A DNA stretch of 64,000 nt from Isurus oxyrinchus. Its lineage: Eukaryota. Position numbers and translations under genes: made by a program. Where the stretch lies: positions 103,726,001-103,790,000 of the forward strand of contig JANJGN010000005.1 of the NCBI GenBank assembly GCA_026770705.1, given 5' to 3'. The notes under the pieces were generated by a model. The model was not told the origin of the DNA. It saw nothing but the letters and a program-made list of their open reading frames with translations, and did not search any database. Shown piece after piece: positions 11,860 through 25,745 of the stretch; position 1 is the first letter of the stretch, and each line of letters opens with the position of its first letter.

Positions 11860-14560
11860 TCTCGTATAACTTTTCTGCACCGATTCTATAAACTTCCCAA
11901 AGTTTGGTGGCCATAATTGGACACCATACTCCAGTGGAGGCCGAACCAGTGTTTTCTAAAGGCTCAGCATAACCTTACATGCTTGTATAATTTATGCCTT
12001 CCCCACTATCCTTCATGCTCTTTTAACCTCTTTCTCAATGTGCCCTATCACCTACAACAATTTGTGCATATATCCCCAGGCATAGTTAGATGATGGACAT
12101 CAGAGTGGTTGCAGACGAGCTACAGTGGATGTGTGAGGATGGCACAAGACTGACGAGCATGACATACCATTAGAGCCGACCTCCTGGTAGGAATAGCTAC
12201 AAGCAGGGCTCTGTCCCTGCACCTACTTTAGAATTGTAGCCTTTCCTTGATCTTCCTACCAAAATGTATCACTTCAAATTTCTACGCATTAAATTTCATC
12301 TGCCATGCACCCTCCCATTCCACTAGCTTGTCTATACCCTCAAAGTCTATCACTACCTTCATAATTCACACTACTTCCAAGCTTTCTCATATGCAAATTT
12401 TGAAATTGTGCCCTGTACATCAATTCACTGATATATAGCAAGAAAAGCAGTGCTCCTAGTAACATCTGCAGAACATCACTGCATACCTTAATCCAGTCCC
12501 AAAAAAAGAAACGTTTACCACTACTCTTTCTTGCTAGTCATCTTCATATTCATGCTGCCAATTATACCATGGACTTTAACTTTGCTGGCAAGCCAATTAT
12601 GTGGCACTTTATCAAATGGCTTTTGGAAGTTCACATATACAAAGACAAGACCTTGATCAACATAAAAAATCAGAGTAGGCCATCACTCCCTCACATCTGC
12701 TCTGTCATTCAATGCAATAATGGCCAACTTCCTACCTTACCCCACTTTCCTGCCCATTTGTCATATCCCTTGATCCCATAAGATCAAATATCTACCGATC
12801 TCAACCCTGAATATACTCAACAATGGAACATTCACAACTCTTTGGGGAAGACAATTCCAAAGATTCAAATCTCTGAAGAAATTTCTCCTGACCTCAGTCC
12901 GAAAAGATCAATCTCTTAACCTGAGACTATGCTAGATTCTCCATCCATCCAAAGGAAACAACCTCAGTGTCAACCCTATCAAGCCCTTACAGAACTTTGT
13001 ACATTTCCATAAGATCACCCCTCATTCTTCTAAACTGGAGTATAGGCCCAATTTACTCAACCTCACCAGGACCTCTCACCCCAGTAGTCAATCAAGTGAA
13101 TCTTTGCTGTACAGACTCCTTCCTTAAATATGGAGACTAAAACCGTACACAGTATTCCATGTATGGCCTTGCCAAAGCCCTATACAATTATAGGGAAACT
13201 TCCTTATTATTGCGCTCCAATCATGCGTGTAATAAAGTCCAGCATGCAATTTGCCTTTCTAGTTACTTGCTGTACCTGCATGCTACCTTTGTGTTCTTTG
13301 TATGAGTACACCCAAGTCTTTGTAAACATCAATATTTATAAATCTGCCTTTAAAAAAAAAACTGCTGCTTTTCTATTCTCACTACCAAAGTGAATAACAA
13401 ACATACTTGCCCACATTATACCCCAGCTGCTAATTGTTATCTTCCTCACAGCTTACATTCCTACCCAACTCTGTATCAGCAGCAAAGCTGGATACAGTAC
13501 TCTTGATTACTTACTTCAAGTCATTAATATAGATGTAAATAGCTGAGACTCAGCACTGATACACGCAGCATTCCACTAGTTAGAATTTGCCAACTTAAAA
13601 ATGTCCCCTTTATCCCTACCCTGTGTTTCTTATTTATTACTCAATCCTCCATCCATGCTAACATATTACCCCCAACCTTGCATATTAACCTTTCGTGTGG
13701 CACCTTTTCAAATGCCTTTTGAAAATCCAAGTATACTACATCTACTGGCTCCCCTTTTCCACCTTACTCGTTATGTCCTCGAAAGAAAATTAATAAATTT
13801 GTCAAACACAATCTCTCTTTCATAAAACCATGTGACATTTGTCTGATCATACTGATTTTAAACACATTAAGGCTTCCTAATTAACAAATCTAACATTTCC
13901 CCGACGACCAATGTAAGTTCCCCATTTTGACTCTCCCTCCTTTCTTGAATAGCTGTGTTACACTTACTTACAATCCAATAGGACCACTCTAGAATCTAGG
14001 GAATTTTGGAAATCCATTACTAGTGCATCCAACCATCTTTGCAGGCATCTCTTTCGGAACCCCAGGATATCGGCCATTAAAACCTGGAAATTTGGCAGCT
14101 TTTAGACCAAATGCTTAAGTCCCTCAATTACCCTGTATTTCTGGTATATAATTTGTGTCTACTGTGAAGACAGGGAAAATATTTGTCCAATATATATATT
14201 TCTGGCTAGAGCTTTTAATTTGAAACGGATGTCAAATTTACTCATTCTAAAAAAAAAAATCAACATTTTGATCACCCTTGCAGGTTTCTGAAACTCAATC
14301 CCCCAGTTTACTAGTATACTTTAAAAGAGATTATGCTTACAATCTAAAATTATCCTTATCCATTTGTGGATTAGGGAAGTTCTTTCTTACACATATTTTT
14401 TTAATATTTTGAATTGCTTCTTTAAATGTTTCCCACAGTTCATGTACTGCCATCCCTTTTAGTCTATTTGACCAATTAACCTTAACCAGCTCTCCCCTCA
14501 TACCAATGCAACTAGCTTTAAAATTCTTGTTTGGAACTGGAGTATGGCTCTCTCAAACTT
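11860..14560 (-). mobile_element. Composite of at least two CR1 copies
   Basis: Antisense CR1 RT and 3' segments; a second 3' end begins near 12660. Confidence 0.75.
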
Positions 14561-14963
14561 CATATAGAATTCAATTGTACTATGATCATTTTCTCCCCCC
14601 AGTGTACCTTACACTACGGCAACTCATCAACATTTTTAACCATACTTTACTTACATACATGCACTGTAAACCTGAATTGGATCTTACTGTATTTCCACTC
14701 AGTCTGATTCCACAATACACCTTACTTTTTCTTATTCTAGTGCACCTTCATTCTCCTTCCTAATGCTACATCTCACTTCCCACCATTGCTAAATTAATTT
14801 ACTCTCCAGCAAGCCAGCACACAAAGGCATTGGTCCCAACTCCTGAGATGCAATACTCCTTCATCCTCCACAATGAGACTTTTTTCTTCATCTCCAAGCA
14901 GCACTCCCTCACCTTCAACTATTTTTTTTCTCTCCATGTTTTGTTGCTTACAAAATACCTTAC

Positions 14964-15002
14964 CATTTCCTTTTATATTATGTTTTTTTCTCATATTTCC
15001 TT
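14964..15002 (-). CDS. Candidate 39-nt internal exon of the host gene, (E)GNMRKKHNIKGN
   Basis: ttcag| acceptor (weak tract) and atg|gtaagg donor; open and frame-preserving in phase 1. Confidence 0.3.
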
Positions 15003-15884
15003 CTGAACTGATGACATTTAACAAGTCAAACTTAAACAATTTATCATTTGACCTTCAAGATGAAATCACCACTATGCCTGTAAACAAACTTGCGATGTAT
15101 ATGATTGCGAAAAATTAATGTTTCAGATAAATAGTGTTTTGCAACAAGTCAAATAGGGGGCATATTTCCAAGTACATTACCATCATCAGAATGGTAAATT
15201 ATTTCAATTTTAATATATGCCCCAATGAAAAGCAAAAAGCTAGGCCTACAAATTATAGCCACAGTACAGGATAATTTTGTACACATCTTTATTTGCAAAT
15301 TCAGAAGTAAACAATCGTATTCCTGATCAGTTTCAACAGGGAGTTTTCATAGAGACATCAACGGGTTTAAATTTCACAGAAGTGCAAACAATCTGAATGC
15401 AAGCTGCATTAGAGCTTAGGCAAGCAGTGTAAGATCACCTCCAGAAGCTGGCCCATCAACTACTTCAGTTACATTTCTATTGCAATAGAACGCCAAACCA
15501 CAAAGCAGTTTAAAATATTCTCAAGCCATCCAATAGATCAGTTAGGGGCATAAACGTACTTTTGGTTCTTTGCTACAATAAAAGTCCCAGCTGCACGTAA
15601 AGGCTTATGCCACTATAGACTGTTACTAGCCTCCCACCAGTACCTACAAGTACACGTTGGACACATTAAGCCTTTCCCCAAGTAATCTTAAAACTGTAAA
15701 CACAAAAATAATTAAACATATTTGCACACTGTAACAATTAGATTATGTATTGTATGCCCACGCTAAAAAAACACACCCTAAAAAAGTACACATCTTTACA
15801 GAAGTGAATCTGCTGACCACAGAACATTTGTTACTAAACTACAAGACACCAAGTACTCTATTAACAAAATAAAATGCTGGAAAT

Positions 15885-17060
15885 TAGAAATAAGCAAAAA
15901 TGCTGGCAAGACTCAGGTCTGGCAGTATCCATGTAGAAAGAAACAGATAGACATTTTACTTCAATGATCTTTCATCAGAACTGGAAAAAGTTAGAGGTGC
16001 AACAGGTTTTAAGCAAGTACAGGGGCAGGGGAGGAAAGAACAAAAGAAGGTCTGTTATAGTGTGGTAGAGTAAATGACAAAAAGGTGATGGCAAGGGGAT
16101 AAGTAAATAAATGAAAACTAGAGGCATAGATGGAAAAAGCAGAATTAAGAGCTGCCATCTAAAGAAAGGACAGCAGAGGTTATTATCTCAAATTGATTAA
16201 CTCAATGCTGAGACCAGCAGGTTGTAAAAAAATGCCTCATTGAAAGATGGGGTGCTATTCCTTGAGCTAACATGGAGTTTCATTGAAAATGTGTAGGAAG
16301 CCAAGAGAAAGGTTATACTGGGAGTGAAGCAGAGAATTAAAATGACAACCATGGTGGAGCTTCATTGTAGAGGTGTAGGTGGCCAAGAACAGAGAGATCA
16401 GAGTGGGAGTGTAGCACAGGAAATGCAATTCCAGCCATCTTTTACCTCCTCCCTTTTCACTACCCAAGGCTCAAAATGTCTTTCCAGTAAAACAATAAAT
16501 ACTTCTTTCAATTTAATATACTGCAATCATTTCTCACGATACAGGCTCCTCTGCACTGAGACACTAAATGCTGATTAGGTGACTTCTTCATTGAACACCT
16601 CCGTGCAGTCCACAGGTGTGAGCCTGAGCTTCCAGTCTCCTGTCATTTTAATTCTCCACCCCCACTCAGACTTCTGCCCTCTACCTTGGTCCCAATGAAG
16701 CAGAGGATAATCTTAGGCAATTTACAGCTTTCCAGGTCATTTCAGATCATAACCTCTGCCACATTTTTTTGGTTTTGAATGGCAGCTGATGATTCTGCTC
16801 ATCCCAGTTACAGCTCAACTAGACCCACCTTTTGTTTCTTTACTTGTCTCATTAACATTTCCTTCAGCCTTCCACATTATCTCATCATTTAATCTCTTGC
16901 TTCCACCCTGACACAGACCTTCCCTGCCTGTGCACTTGCTTAAAACTTGTTGTATATCTAATTTTTTCAGAGCTGATGAAAGGTCATTGACCTGAAACAT
17001 TAACATCTGCAGATTCAAAATTATCAAATCTGCTGACTGTTGAGAAGTTTTTGTTTTTAT
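15885..17060. mobile_element. Old PLE in inverted (head-to-head) configuration
   Basis: Minus-strand terminus plus GIY-YIG end (15885-16420), then plus-strand GIY-YIG, 3' UTR and hammerhead (16420-17060). Confidence 0.75.
16971..17004 (+). ncRNA. Minimal hammerhead ribozyme motif (canonical core, decayed stems)
   Basis: CUGAUGA-A-AGGUCA-U-UGACCU-GAAA-CAUUAAC. Confidence 0.65.
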
Positions 17061-17398
17061 TAGCTAAACATTCTGAACCAGTCCACTTTTTTGTTATTAC
17101 CACAAGCTTGAGATTGATCCATGCCAACGACAAGAACAGAGCTGAACTAATTTTACATTAGGTTTGCGCCAGTTCAGCACAAACTAAGAGGCAATGGGTC
17201 CTCTACCACCAAATAGAAAACTGCTTTATATTACAGACCAAGTAAAGCACATTAAATTTTCAACCACAGTACAGAATCAAAAGGCAACTACAAATTCTAG
17301 CATGTCATAAAATGCAGATGTTAAAGAAAATTTCTAGTACACAAAATATCTAATGTTACAACATACTTGGTTCATTTCATATATAAACAGAACGTTAC

Positions 17399-17465
17399 CT
17401 GCATCATCTGCCATGGTGTTGGTCATCTACACTTTCCATAAAGTTTAGGGAAATCTGCACAGAGT
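17399..17465 (-). CDS. Candidate alternative start exon of the host gene (MTNT-MADDA, phase 1)
   Basis: accATGG Kozak at 17414; cag|gtaacg donor; ttttcattattag| acceptor; lies in a TE-free island. Confidence 0.45.
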
Positions 17466-18209
17466 CTAATAATGAAAAGCAAATCAGAATGTTCAACTCT
17501 GCAATCCAAACTCCAGCTTCACAGATAGGGTGAGAGCTAACTCAGCTATAACCTGATACGAGACCAGCCTGCAGAATCTGCTAACACGGTATTTTTAGAT
17601 TTGCTTTCTCCATGAGCCAAACAGATTCAAGCACTCATATGGAAAGGCTCCTCTTTGAATAACAACTATTTGGCATTAAACTTGTCTGGGTTACCCAACC
17701 AAAATTCACCATTAATATTCACTTACTACCTAGTGCTATGTAATGCTCAATCAGAAGAAAACACAAAATTGTGTCATCATTTTTCCAGGAATGCACACAT
17801 TAATGAATAATTCAGTAGTTGTTCAATCACGAGGCACTGTTAATAATAGCAAAATGCTTCAATGTTTGATGTCATGCATGGCTTGTAGGAAGTTTTTGCA
17901 ATCAACTTTAGACAACAGTGCATTTAGCAGCAAGCCATTTTTCTCACTTTCCCACAAGGTGTCAGCACCTCACCTAATTGGTGAATCTTTACATGCAAGC
18001 TTAAAAAGTGAGAGATGGCACATTATTCTTGTGCTAGTCTTGACTCAGAAGTAACACATTCTCCTGCTGAAAGATCATGGATTTAAACACCACTCCAGAG
18101 ATATGACTCAAGCTCAAGGTACAGCACCTCATCGTTTGATTATATCAATAACACACCGACTGTTTATAGTGGCCATACATTTCCCAACAAAATAGTGACA
18201 TTTGTTTCT

Positions 18210-19680
18210 CTTATTTGTTCAGGGGTTTTTTCATCCTTAACTGCCCTTGAGAAAGTAAGTAGTGGTGAACGACTTTCTTCAACTGCTGCAGTCCACCAGG
18301 TGTAGCTAAACTCAAATGGTGTTAGGGAGTGTGCTCCAAGATTCTGACCCAGTGCTGAAGAAGACACACTGATATGTTCCAAAGTCAGGATGGTGAGAAA
18401 CTAAGAGGGGACCTTGCAGATAGTAGTTTTTCTGTGCACTTGCTGCCCTTATTCTTCTAGGTGGTAGAAATCATGACTTTGGAAGGTGATGTCGAAGGAA
18501 GCTTGGTAAGTTGCTGCAATGCATCTTGTAGATAGCACACCCAACTGCTATGGTGTACCAATGGAGGAGGGAGTAAATGTTTGAGCTGGTGGACAGGATG
18601 CTGATCAAGTATGTTGCTTTGTTCTGGATGGTGTTGAGTTTAAGTTTTGTTGGAGCATCACTCATCCAAGCAAGTGGAGAATTTTGGGACTAACTTGGCT
18701 TTGGAAGGTCAGAAGGCAAGTTACTCACTACAAAATATCCAAGTTCTGGCCTGGTCTTGAAGTGCTTATATGGTCCAGTTAAGTTTCTGGTCAATGGTAA
18801 CACACCACAACCCCCTCTCCCACCCCACCTTGTTGTATATCAACAAGATAGATGGTCATTACCTGGCACTTTATGGCGCAAGTGTCACTCCTCACTTCTC
18901 AGCCCAAGCCAGAATGTTACCCAGGTCTTGTTACACATGGACACAGACTGTCATTACCCAAGTAGTTTCAAATGGAACTGAACACTGCAATCATCAGTAT
19001 ATATCCTTCACTTCTTCCCTTATGATAGCAGGAAAATCATTGATGAAGCGAAGATGATTGGGCCTAGGACACTGCCCTAGAAACTTGTAGATCAATGACC
19101 TAGGGCTGAGATGACTGGCCTCTAACAACAATTATCTTTTTTACTGCTGTGCTTTGTCCTATGACTCCAGCCAATGGAGAGTAATTGAATGTATTGGATT
19201 TATCAGGCTTTTTGTGGACAGGACATAGCTGAGCAATTTTACAGTTTGTGGTGTTGGGTAGATGTTAGTATTGTAGCTATACTGGGACAGCTACACCAGG
19301 AGCTCAGCTAGTCCTGGATCAGAAGTTTTCAGCACTACAGCTGGGATGCCAATAGCCTTCCCTTGCATCCAGTGCACTCTGAGCCATTTCTTGACAACGC
19401 ATTGAGTGAATCAAAATGCCTGAAGACTGGCATCTCTGATGCTCAGCAATGCAGGATACCAAGATAGCTCTTTCACTCACCACTTCTGGCTGAAGGTGGT
19501 TGTAAATGTTTCAGCCCCTTTCTCCTACTTACTTGTTGAGGATTTAACTTTGAGGACGGGCATGTTGGTGGAGCCTCCTCTTCCTGTTGGTTGTTTAATT
19601 CTCCAACACAATTTATGACTGAATTTGGCAGGCCTACAAAGCTTTAATCTGATCTGTTGGTTGTAGAATCACTTATCTCT
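18210..19680 (-). mobile_element. Second CR1-like LINE family, decayed
   Basis: ORF 18471..18665: IQNKATYLI...SLLHW...CAIYKMHCSNLP. Confidence 0.8.
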
Positions 19681-19939
19681 GTAAATGCATTGGAGGCGGT
19701 TCAAAGAAGGTTTACTAGATTGATAACTGGAATGAGTGGGTTGTCCTATGAGGAAAGGTTGGACAGACAAGCTGTGGAAGGCAGCATCATCAGAGTAGAT
19801 GTGAATGAGATGGAGAAACTGGGAGAATAGAATGTGCTTTTGTTGTTTCCAGTTCCTAGGTCGATGTCAAGTGGTCCACCTGATTTTATTCTCCAGCATT
19901 TTCATAGCAGTTTCAGGGAAACTGAATTGCTTTCTAGGC

Positions 19940-20215
19940 CATTTCAATGGGTCACTGAGAGGCAACTACATTGCAGTATGCCTGGAGTCACATGCAGACC
20001 AGACCAGGTTATGACATTAGCTTTCCTTCCTAAACAAAATTACTTAATCAGATGGGTTTTTACAACAATAAGAGAATAATTTTTGCTCCAGATTTATTTA
20101 ACTAATTGAATTTAAATCCCCCAGGTGACATGGTGGGACTTGAGCGCATGTCTCTGAAGCATTAGTCCAGCCCATGGATTACTAGTCCAGTTACATGACC
20201 ATTATGCCATCCTTC
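19940..20215 (-). mobile_element. tRNA-headed SINE (same family as 1625-1862)
   Basis: Minus strand reads tggcataatggtcatgtaactggactagtaatcc...tcaagtcccacc (head) and tggtctgcatgtgactccagg (body). Confidence 0.65.
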
Positions 20216-20619
20216 CCAACTTATGCTATTTAACCAGCTGTAAATTATTTTGGGACACCCTGAAGTCATGAAAGGCACAATATAAAATGCAAGTCATTCC
20301 TTGCTTCCATCTGTGGAAAGCGTCACAGCAATAGCTGGGCTTTCATTGTCACAGCCAGAATGTCGATAAGCTTCAGAGGCTCGCCATAGGAAGGCTGAAA
20401 TTAACTTTATGATATGAACTTGAGGGTAACAAAAGAAAACTGCTTAATGACCAGAAACAGGGCAAACCGATTCCATCCTTGATCTAAGCCCATGCTCCAT
20501 CCTCAGAATTTTGCACCTTTTCACCTGCCATTTCCATGTGCTCCACAACTCCCCTTTACTTAGAGCAACAGAAAAGAAACCAGCAACTCAGGCATAACTT
20601 ATCTAGCTTCACACTTTGA

Positions 20620-21760
20620 TTCATAGGCAATTTGTGTTTGACTATGCTAATTAAGTTTGTGATGAAGTAACAGGGAGGACTGATGAGGGTAGTGCAATTG
20701 ATGTGCATAAGGATTTTCAAAAGGCATTTGACCAAGTACCACATAACAAACTTGTTAAACAAAATTCAAGGAATCAAAGGGACAGTGGCAGCATGGATAT
20801 AAACCTGGCTACAGGACAGAAAGTAAAGAGTAGCATTGATACTCATTTTTTTCAGACTGGAGGAAGTATACAGTGGTATTTCCCCAGGGGTCGGTATTAA
20901 GACCACTGCACTTTTTGATAATGACCTAGACTTAGGTGTACAAGACATAATTTCAAAAGTTGCAGATGACTAAAAACTCAGAAAAATGACTCATAATAAA
21001 ATACTTCAGGACAACAGACTGGTGAAATGGGCAGACAAAATTTAATGTAGAGTTGTGCAAAGAAATTTATTTTAGTAGGAGGAATGAGGACAGGCAACTA
21101 AATAGTACCATTTTAAAGAGACACCCAAGGGGCCCATGTACTCAAATCTTTGAAGGTAGCAGGACAAGTTGAGAAGGCTGTTAATACTATTAATAAGGCC
21201 AAAGATCCTTACACACATTTTTAACTAGAGTAAGGTGGCACAAAAGCAAGGAAACTGTGCTAAAACATTATAAAACACTCATTGGGCCTCAATTGGAATA
21301 ACTTGGTCAATTTTGAGCACCACACTTTAGGATGGATGAGATGAGGATACAGAAGAGATTTACTGGAATGGTACCAAGGATGAGACATTACAGTTATGTG
21401 GAAAGACTGGAGAAACTGGAGTTATTCTTCAAGAAAAGATAATTAAGAGATGGGAGATATTTCCAGTGGCAGAATTGTCAGTATTCAGAGGACACAGATT
21501 GAAGGTGATTGGTAAAACCATAGGTAACGAGGAAGCTTTTTATATAAAACAGAGTTGCCATGATCTAGAATTCATTACCTGAAGCTGATTTCAGTAGTAA
21601 CAGTCAAAAGAACTGGATAAATATTTGAAGGAAAATGATTTGCAGCACTATGGGTAAAGAGCAGGGGTATGAGATCAGCTGAAAAACACTACCCAAAAGC
21701 TGGCACAGGCACAAAGAAGCAAGTAGTGTCCTTCTGTGTGGCATCATTCTATGATTCTGG
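20620..21760 (+). mobile_element. CR1 3' portion
   Basis: DFQKAFDQVPH RT motif; attctatgattct tail. Confidence 0.85.
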
Positions 21761-21999
21761 CTCAAATCCCAACATCACACCAAGATTGGCTTCAAACTCC
21801 GAAACCTGAAAAGGTTACATAGAATGTTACTGGCTGCACTCACTGGGCCTCACACTGTTTCCAATCCCTGTGGGTATATGACCAACCCACTACCCCCGCC
21901 ATACTGGCTAAAGATTCAAGATTGGTGCACCTAATGCAGAAAGAAAGTGCCGAAATGACTGACTCTGTTGAACTCGAGTTCTCACTGGGCCACACGGTG

Positions 22000-23155
22000 C
22001 TAGATCCCATTAGGGCCTTGGTCTAAACATGGGCAGAAGAGTTGAATTCCAGAGACGAGGTGAGATTGACTGCCCTGGACATCATGCAACCCTGACAAAA
22101 TTGAAGTCAATGGATGTCTGGGTGGGGTGGGGTAGGAAAACTCTCCACTGGTTGGAGTGATACCTACCACAAAGGAAGGTGGTTTTGGTTGTTGCAGGCC
22201 GATCATCTAGGTCAATCACCTCAGCCAAAGGCCATCGCTTCAAGAGTTCCACAGGGCAGTGCCCTAAGCCCAACCTTTCAGCTGCCTCCATCATAAGGTC
22301 AGGAATGGGAATGTTCACTGATGATTGCAGTGTTCAGTACCAAAAGCAACTCCTCAGATAGTGAAGTGCATTCCTGCAAGGGCCAAGATAAGATATGGAC
22401 AGCAAATCAGACCTGGGCTGATAAGTGGCACGTAACATTTTTGCTAGGCCATGACCACCTCCAATAAGAGAGAATCTAACCATCTCCCATTGCTGTTCAA
22501 CAGCATTGCCATCTCTGAATCCCCCACTATCAACATCCTAGAGGTTACCATTGACCAGAAACTGAACTGGACTAGCCATATAAATACTGTGGGTACAGGA
22601 GCAGGTCACAGGCTGGGAATTCTGCAGCAAGTAAATTACCTCCCAACTCCCCATCTACAAGGCATATGTCAGGATCGTGACAGAATACTCCCCACTTGCC
22701 TACAGCAGTACAGCTCCAAAACCTTGAAGCTTCACACCTTCCAAGACAAAGCAGCTGGCTTGATTGGCACCCCATCTACCATCTTAACCATTCACTCTCT
22801 CCACCGGCACAAAGTGCACACTGCTGCCACTATCTACACGATGCACTGCAGCAATACACCAAGGCTCCTCCAGCACCACCTTCCAAACCTGCTATCCAGA
22901 AGAACAGAGGCAGCAGACATATGGAAACACACCACCTGTATTTTCCCTTCCAAGTCACACACCATCCTGACTTGGACCTATGTCACCATTCCTTCCCCTC
23001 ACTGGGTCAAAGGCTGGGAACGAGCGCTGTGGATATACCTAAACCTCAGCAGCTTAAGGAAGCAACTCACCATCACCTTCTCTCAAGGGCAGTTAGTGAT
23101 CGGCAATAAACACTGGCATTGCCAGCGCTGCTCATATTCCACTAAAGAAGTTTAA
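22000..23155 (+). mobile_element. Second CR1-like LINE family, RT C-terminus and 3' end
   Basis: VPQGSAL; ORF 22451..23155 ILEVTIDQKLNWTSHI...HSLHRH...IYTMHCSN; an inverted copy of the tail follows at 23180-23310. Confidence 0.85.
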
Positions 23156-25745
23156 AAAATAAATTCACCCGTTTTTTAAAAAATTCATTCACAGGATGTG
23201 GGCTTTGCTGGCTAAGCCAGCACTTATTGCCCATCGCTAGGTGCCCTTGAGAAGGTGGTGGTGAACTGCCTTCTTGAACTACTGCAGTCCATGTAATGTG
23301 GGAACATCTACATTTAAACAGCTTTTGAGCAGTCATGTGAAATGCAAACTTTGAAGGTAAACTTATCTACTAATTTAATTTAGTTAAGACTATTGCTCAT
23401 TCTGCAATGGTGTTTTGCTCTGACTGGCTGAAGTGACCAAACGCCCCAGCACATCCCAAAACACTTGCTGAGTTTGAGATACCACAAGAATTTTCCATTG
23501 AGATAAAGAGAATGAAAGACACCCCTTTCTTACTTCCTTGATCTAATTATTCCTCACTCTTCAACACTGCTTGACATGGATGTTGCCCTTGATCTTATTT
23601 CCATGCACAATACCATTGCAGACTAAGCAGTTAGTCCTAACTAAATGAAATATATAAACTTGCTTTCAAAATTTGCATAACTGCTCCAACAATGTTTATA
23701 TTTCAGGTGAAATTGAGTTCAACAGTGACAGAGCCAGTCATTTCAGCACATAGTAGCTATTTGGCACAGTGTTTGCTGGCTTCATGATCAGAGCTATCTA
23801 CTCAGATCACATTTGCTTACGCTCTTCCTGTAGCAACTCAGGGCCTCCTACCCTTCGAACAACTCGGCTTCAAAGGTCTTTTCACTTTCTGCTTCTTGCA
23901 CTCATTTTGAGCCCTCATCACAGAGATTCATCTCCCTCAAACAGTTTTGGGGAATTAGCTTTGGTAGGCTCTGATCTTATCCATGCTTTACCTGATTTTT
24001 TTTTAAAAAGCATTACACTGGAAAATAACACTGTCAACCAGTATACAATAATACCAGCAAGCCAAGAATCTACATTAAAGAAGATTTTTTCTGTTGAAAT
24101 AGCATAATTGTGCTCTTTTAGAGGTAATTGTGGTGATGGGGGTCACACAGCAGGCATAGGAACTAAACTGGCATGTGACATGGGAACATGTTCAAGGCTG
24201 CCAGTTTCTGTTTACAATGTTGCAGTATTACAATATTGGAACTTGATAGTCTATTTAGCCTATTTTACTCTGAAATGCAAGAAACATACTTATTTTAAAT
24301 CAATGACAAAAATCTGTTAAGTCCCAGCAACCAATGTGACGAGTACATCTATGATATGAACAAAAATCGCTCACCAACTCAAATTTCTTGTTTTTCCCCG
24401 ACAAAGAAAGGGGAGGGTGGGTGAGATCATTCTAGTCCACATCCTTTGACTCAAATGTTAGACAAAGCTAGAGCAATTGTAAAAATCCTGAATAAAAGCA
24501 TTATTTAATCATGAAAATAATAGTGGCAGTGTCAGCACATAACCCTTGCTAACCTTGGACACAGATTTAGGCTAGATACAAACCTATAAGTTGGCTATAA
24601 ATTTACTAAGGTACTAGTTCCCAATAAACAGTCTCATTGAAAAGAAGATCAAAAAGAAGTGATGCAAAAAAATTGGTAAAAAGATCCATGTTGCTGTAAC
24701 AGGAGTTCCACTACGATTCAGGCTATGAAATGTTACTGGAACGGAATGTACCTGATCATTGTTTGTATTATCCTGAAAAGAGCAAAATGAGTACAAAAAG
24801 TGAAATTTCATTCCTTACCTCTGTCAACCATGTCAAACAGAAAGTCAGTAAAGAAAATAAAAATATAGAGCATCATGTTTAAGGAGCAGCTTTTGGCATG
24901 CCACATACTCTAAACTTACATATAGTTCCAAGTTTAATTCCAGGGTAAAATGTGGATTTAGTGGTGATCAAGACGATTAAGATTGGAGCAGGAAGAATTT
25001 TAAAAAGGAAAATTAACAGTACAAACCATCAAAGCTCAAGATAACAAGATCTTTTAAAAAAAGATGGTTCATGGGACAGCCCACATTTATTGTCCATCCT
25101 GCTGGAGCTGGTGGTAAGCCTTCTCCAGCAATCACTGTAGGTGTTGCACTGATGGCACTCCTCTAATGATGTAAGTTTTGGAATTCTAGGGCTTTCAGCC
25201 AGGGGTAATGAAAGAACAGTAATTATACATCAAGATGACTTGTGACTTGGAGGAGTACTTACAAGTTATGGTACTTCCATGATAACGTCCACACACATAT
25301 GCACAAAAAAGTAACAATCCTATGCCAGAAGGGAAAGGCCTAACCAAGTTAAACTATAATTTACTTCTACGAAGTAAGAGGAGACTATCAGTTGCTTTAT
25401 ATGGGTATTTTCCAGGCAGCACATAATGAAAGGTGATAAAAGTATGAGAAAGATCTGAACCATTTAAACAAGTGAGCAAAGAAATGATTGGTTGGGGGGA
25501 GGGGGGGGCTTTTAAATATAGGTACAATGAATGCAACATAAAGTGGAATAGGAATCTAAGCAAATAAAGTATACACAATAACAGAGAGGAAAGAAAGATG
25601 GAAGCAAGGAAGGACTTGCATTTACATAACACCCTTCAGGAAAACTCACAGCAAATGAAGGTCTTTTTGAAATGTAGCCACCATTGTAAAGTAGGGAACC
25701 GTGTCACGCAATCCACACCTGGAAAGTCCTTCAACAGCAATATAA

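Noticed and set aside
23821-23870. Exon RVVRRVGGPELLQEE (macro-domain-like) before a gtaagc donor
   Set aside because: No polypyrimidine acceptor, and all frames close upstream; could still be a non-coding first exon
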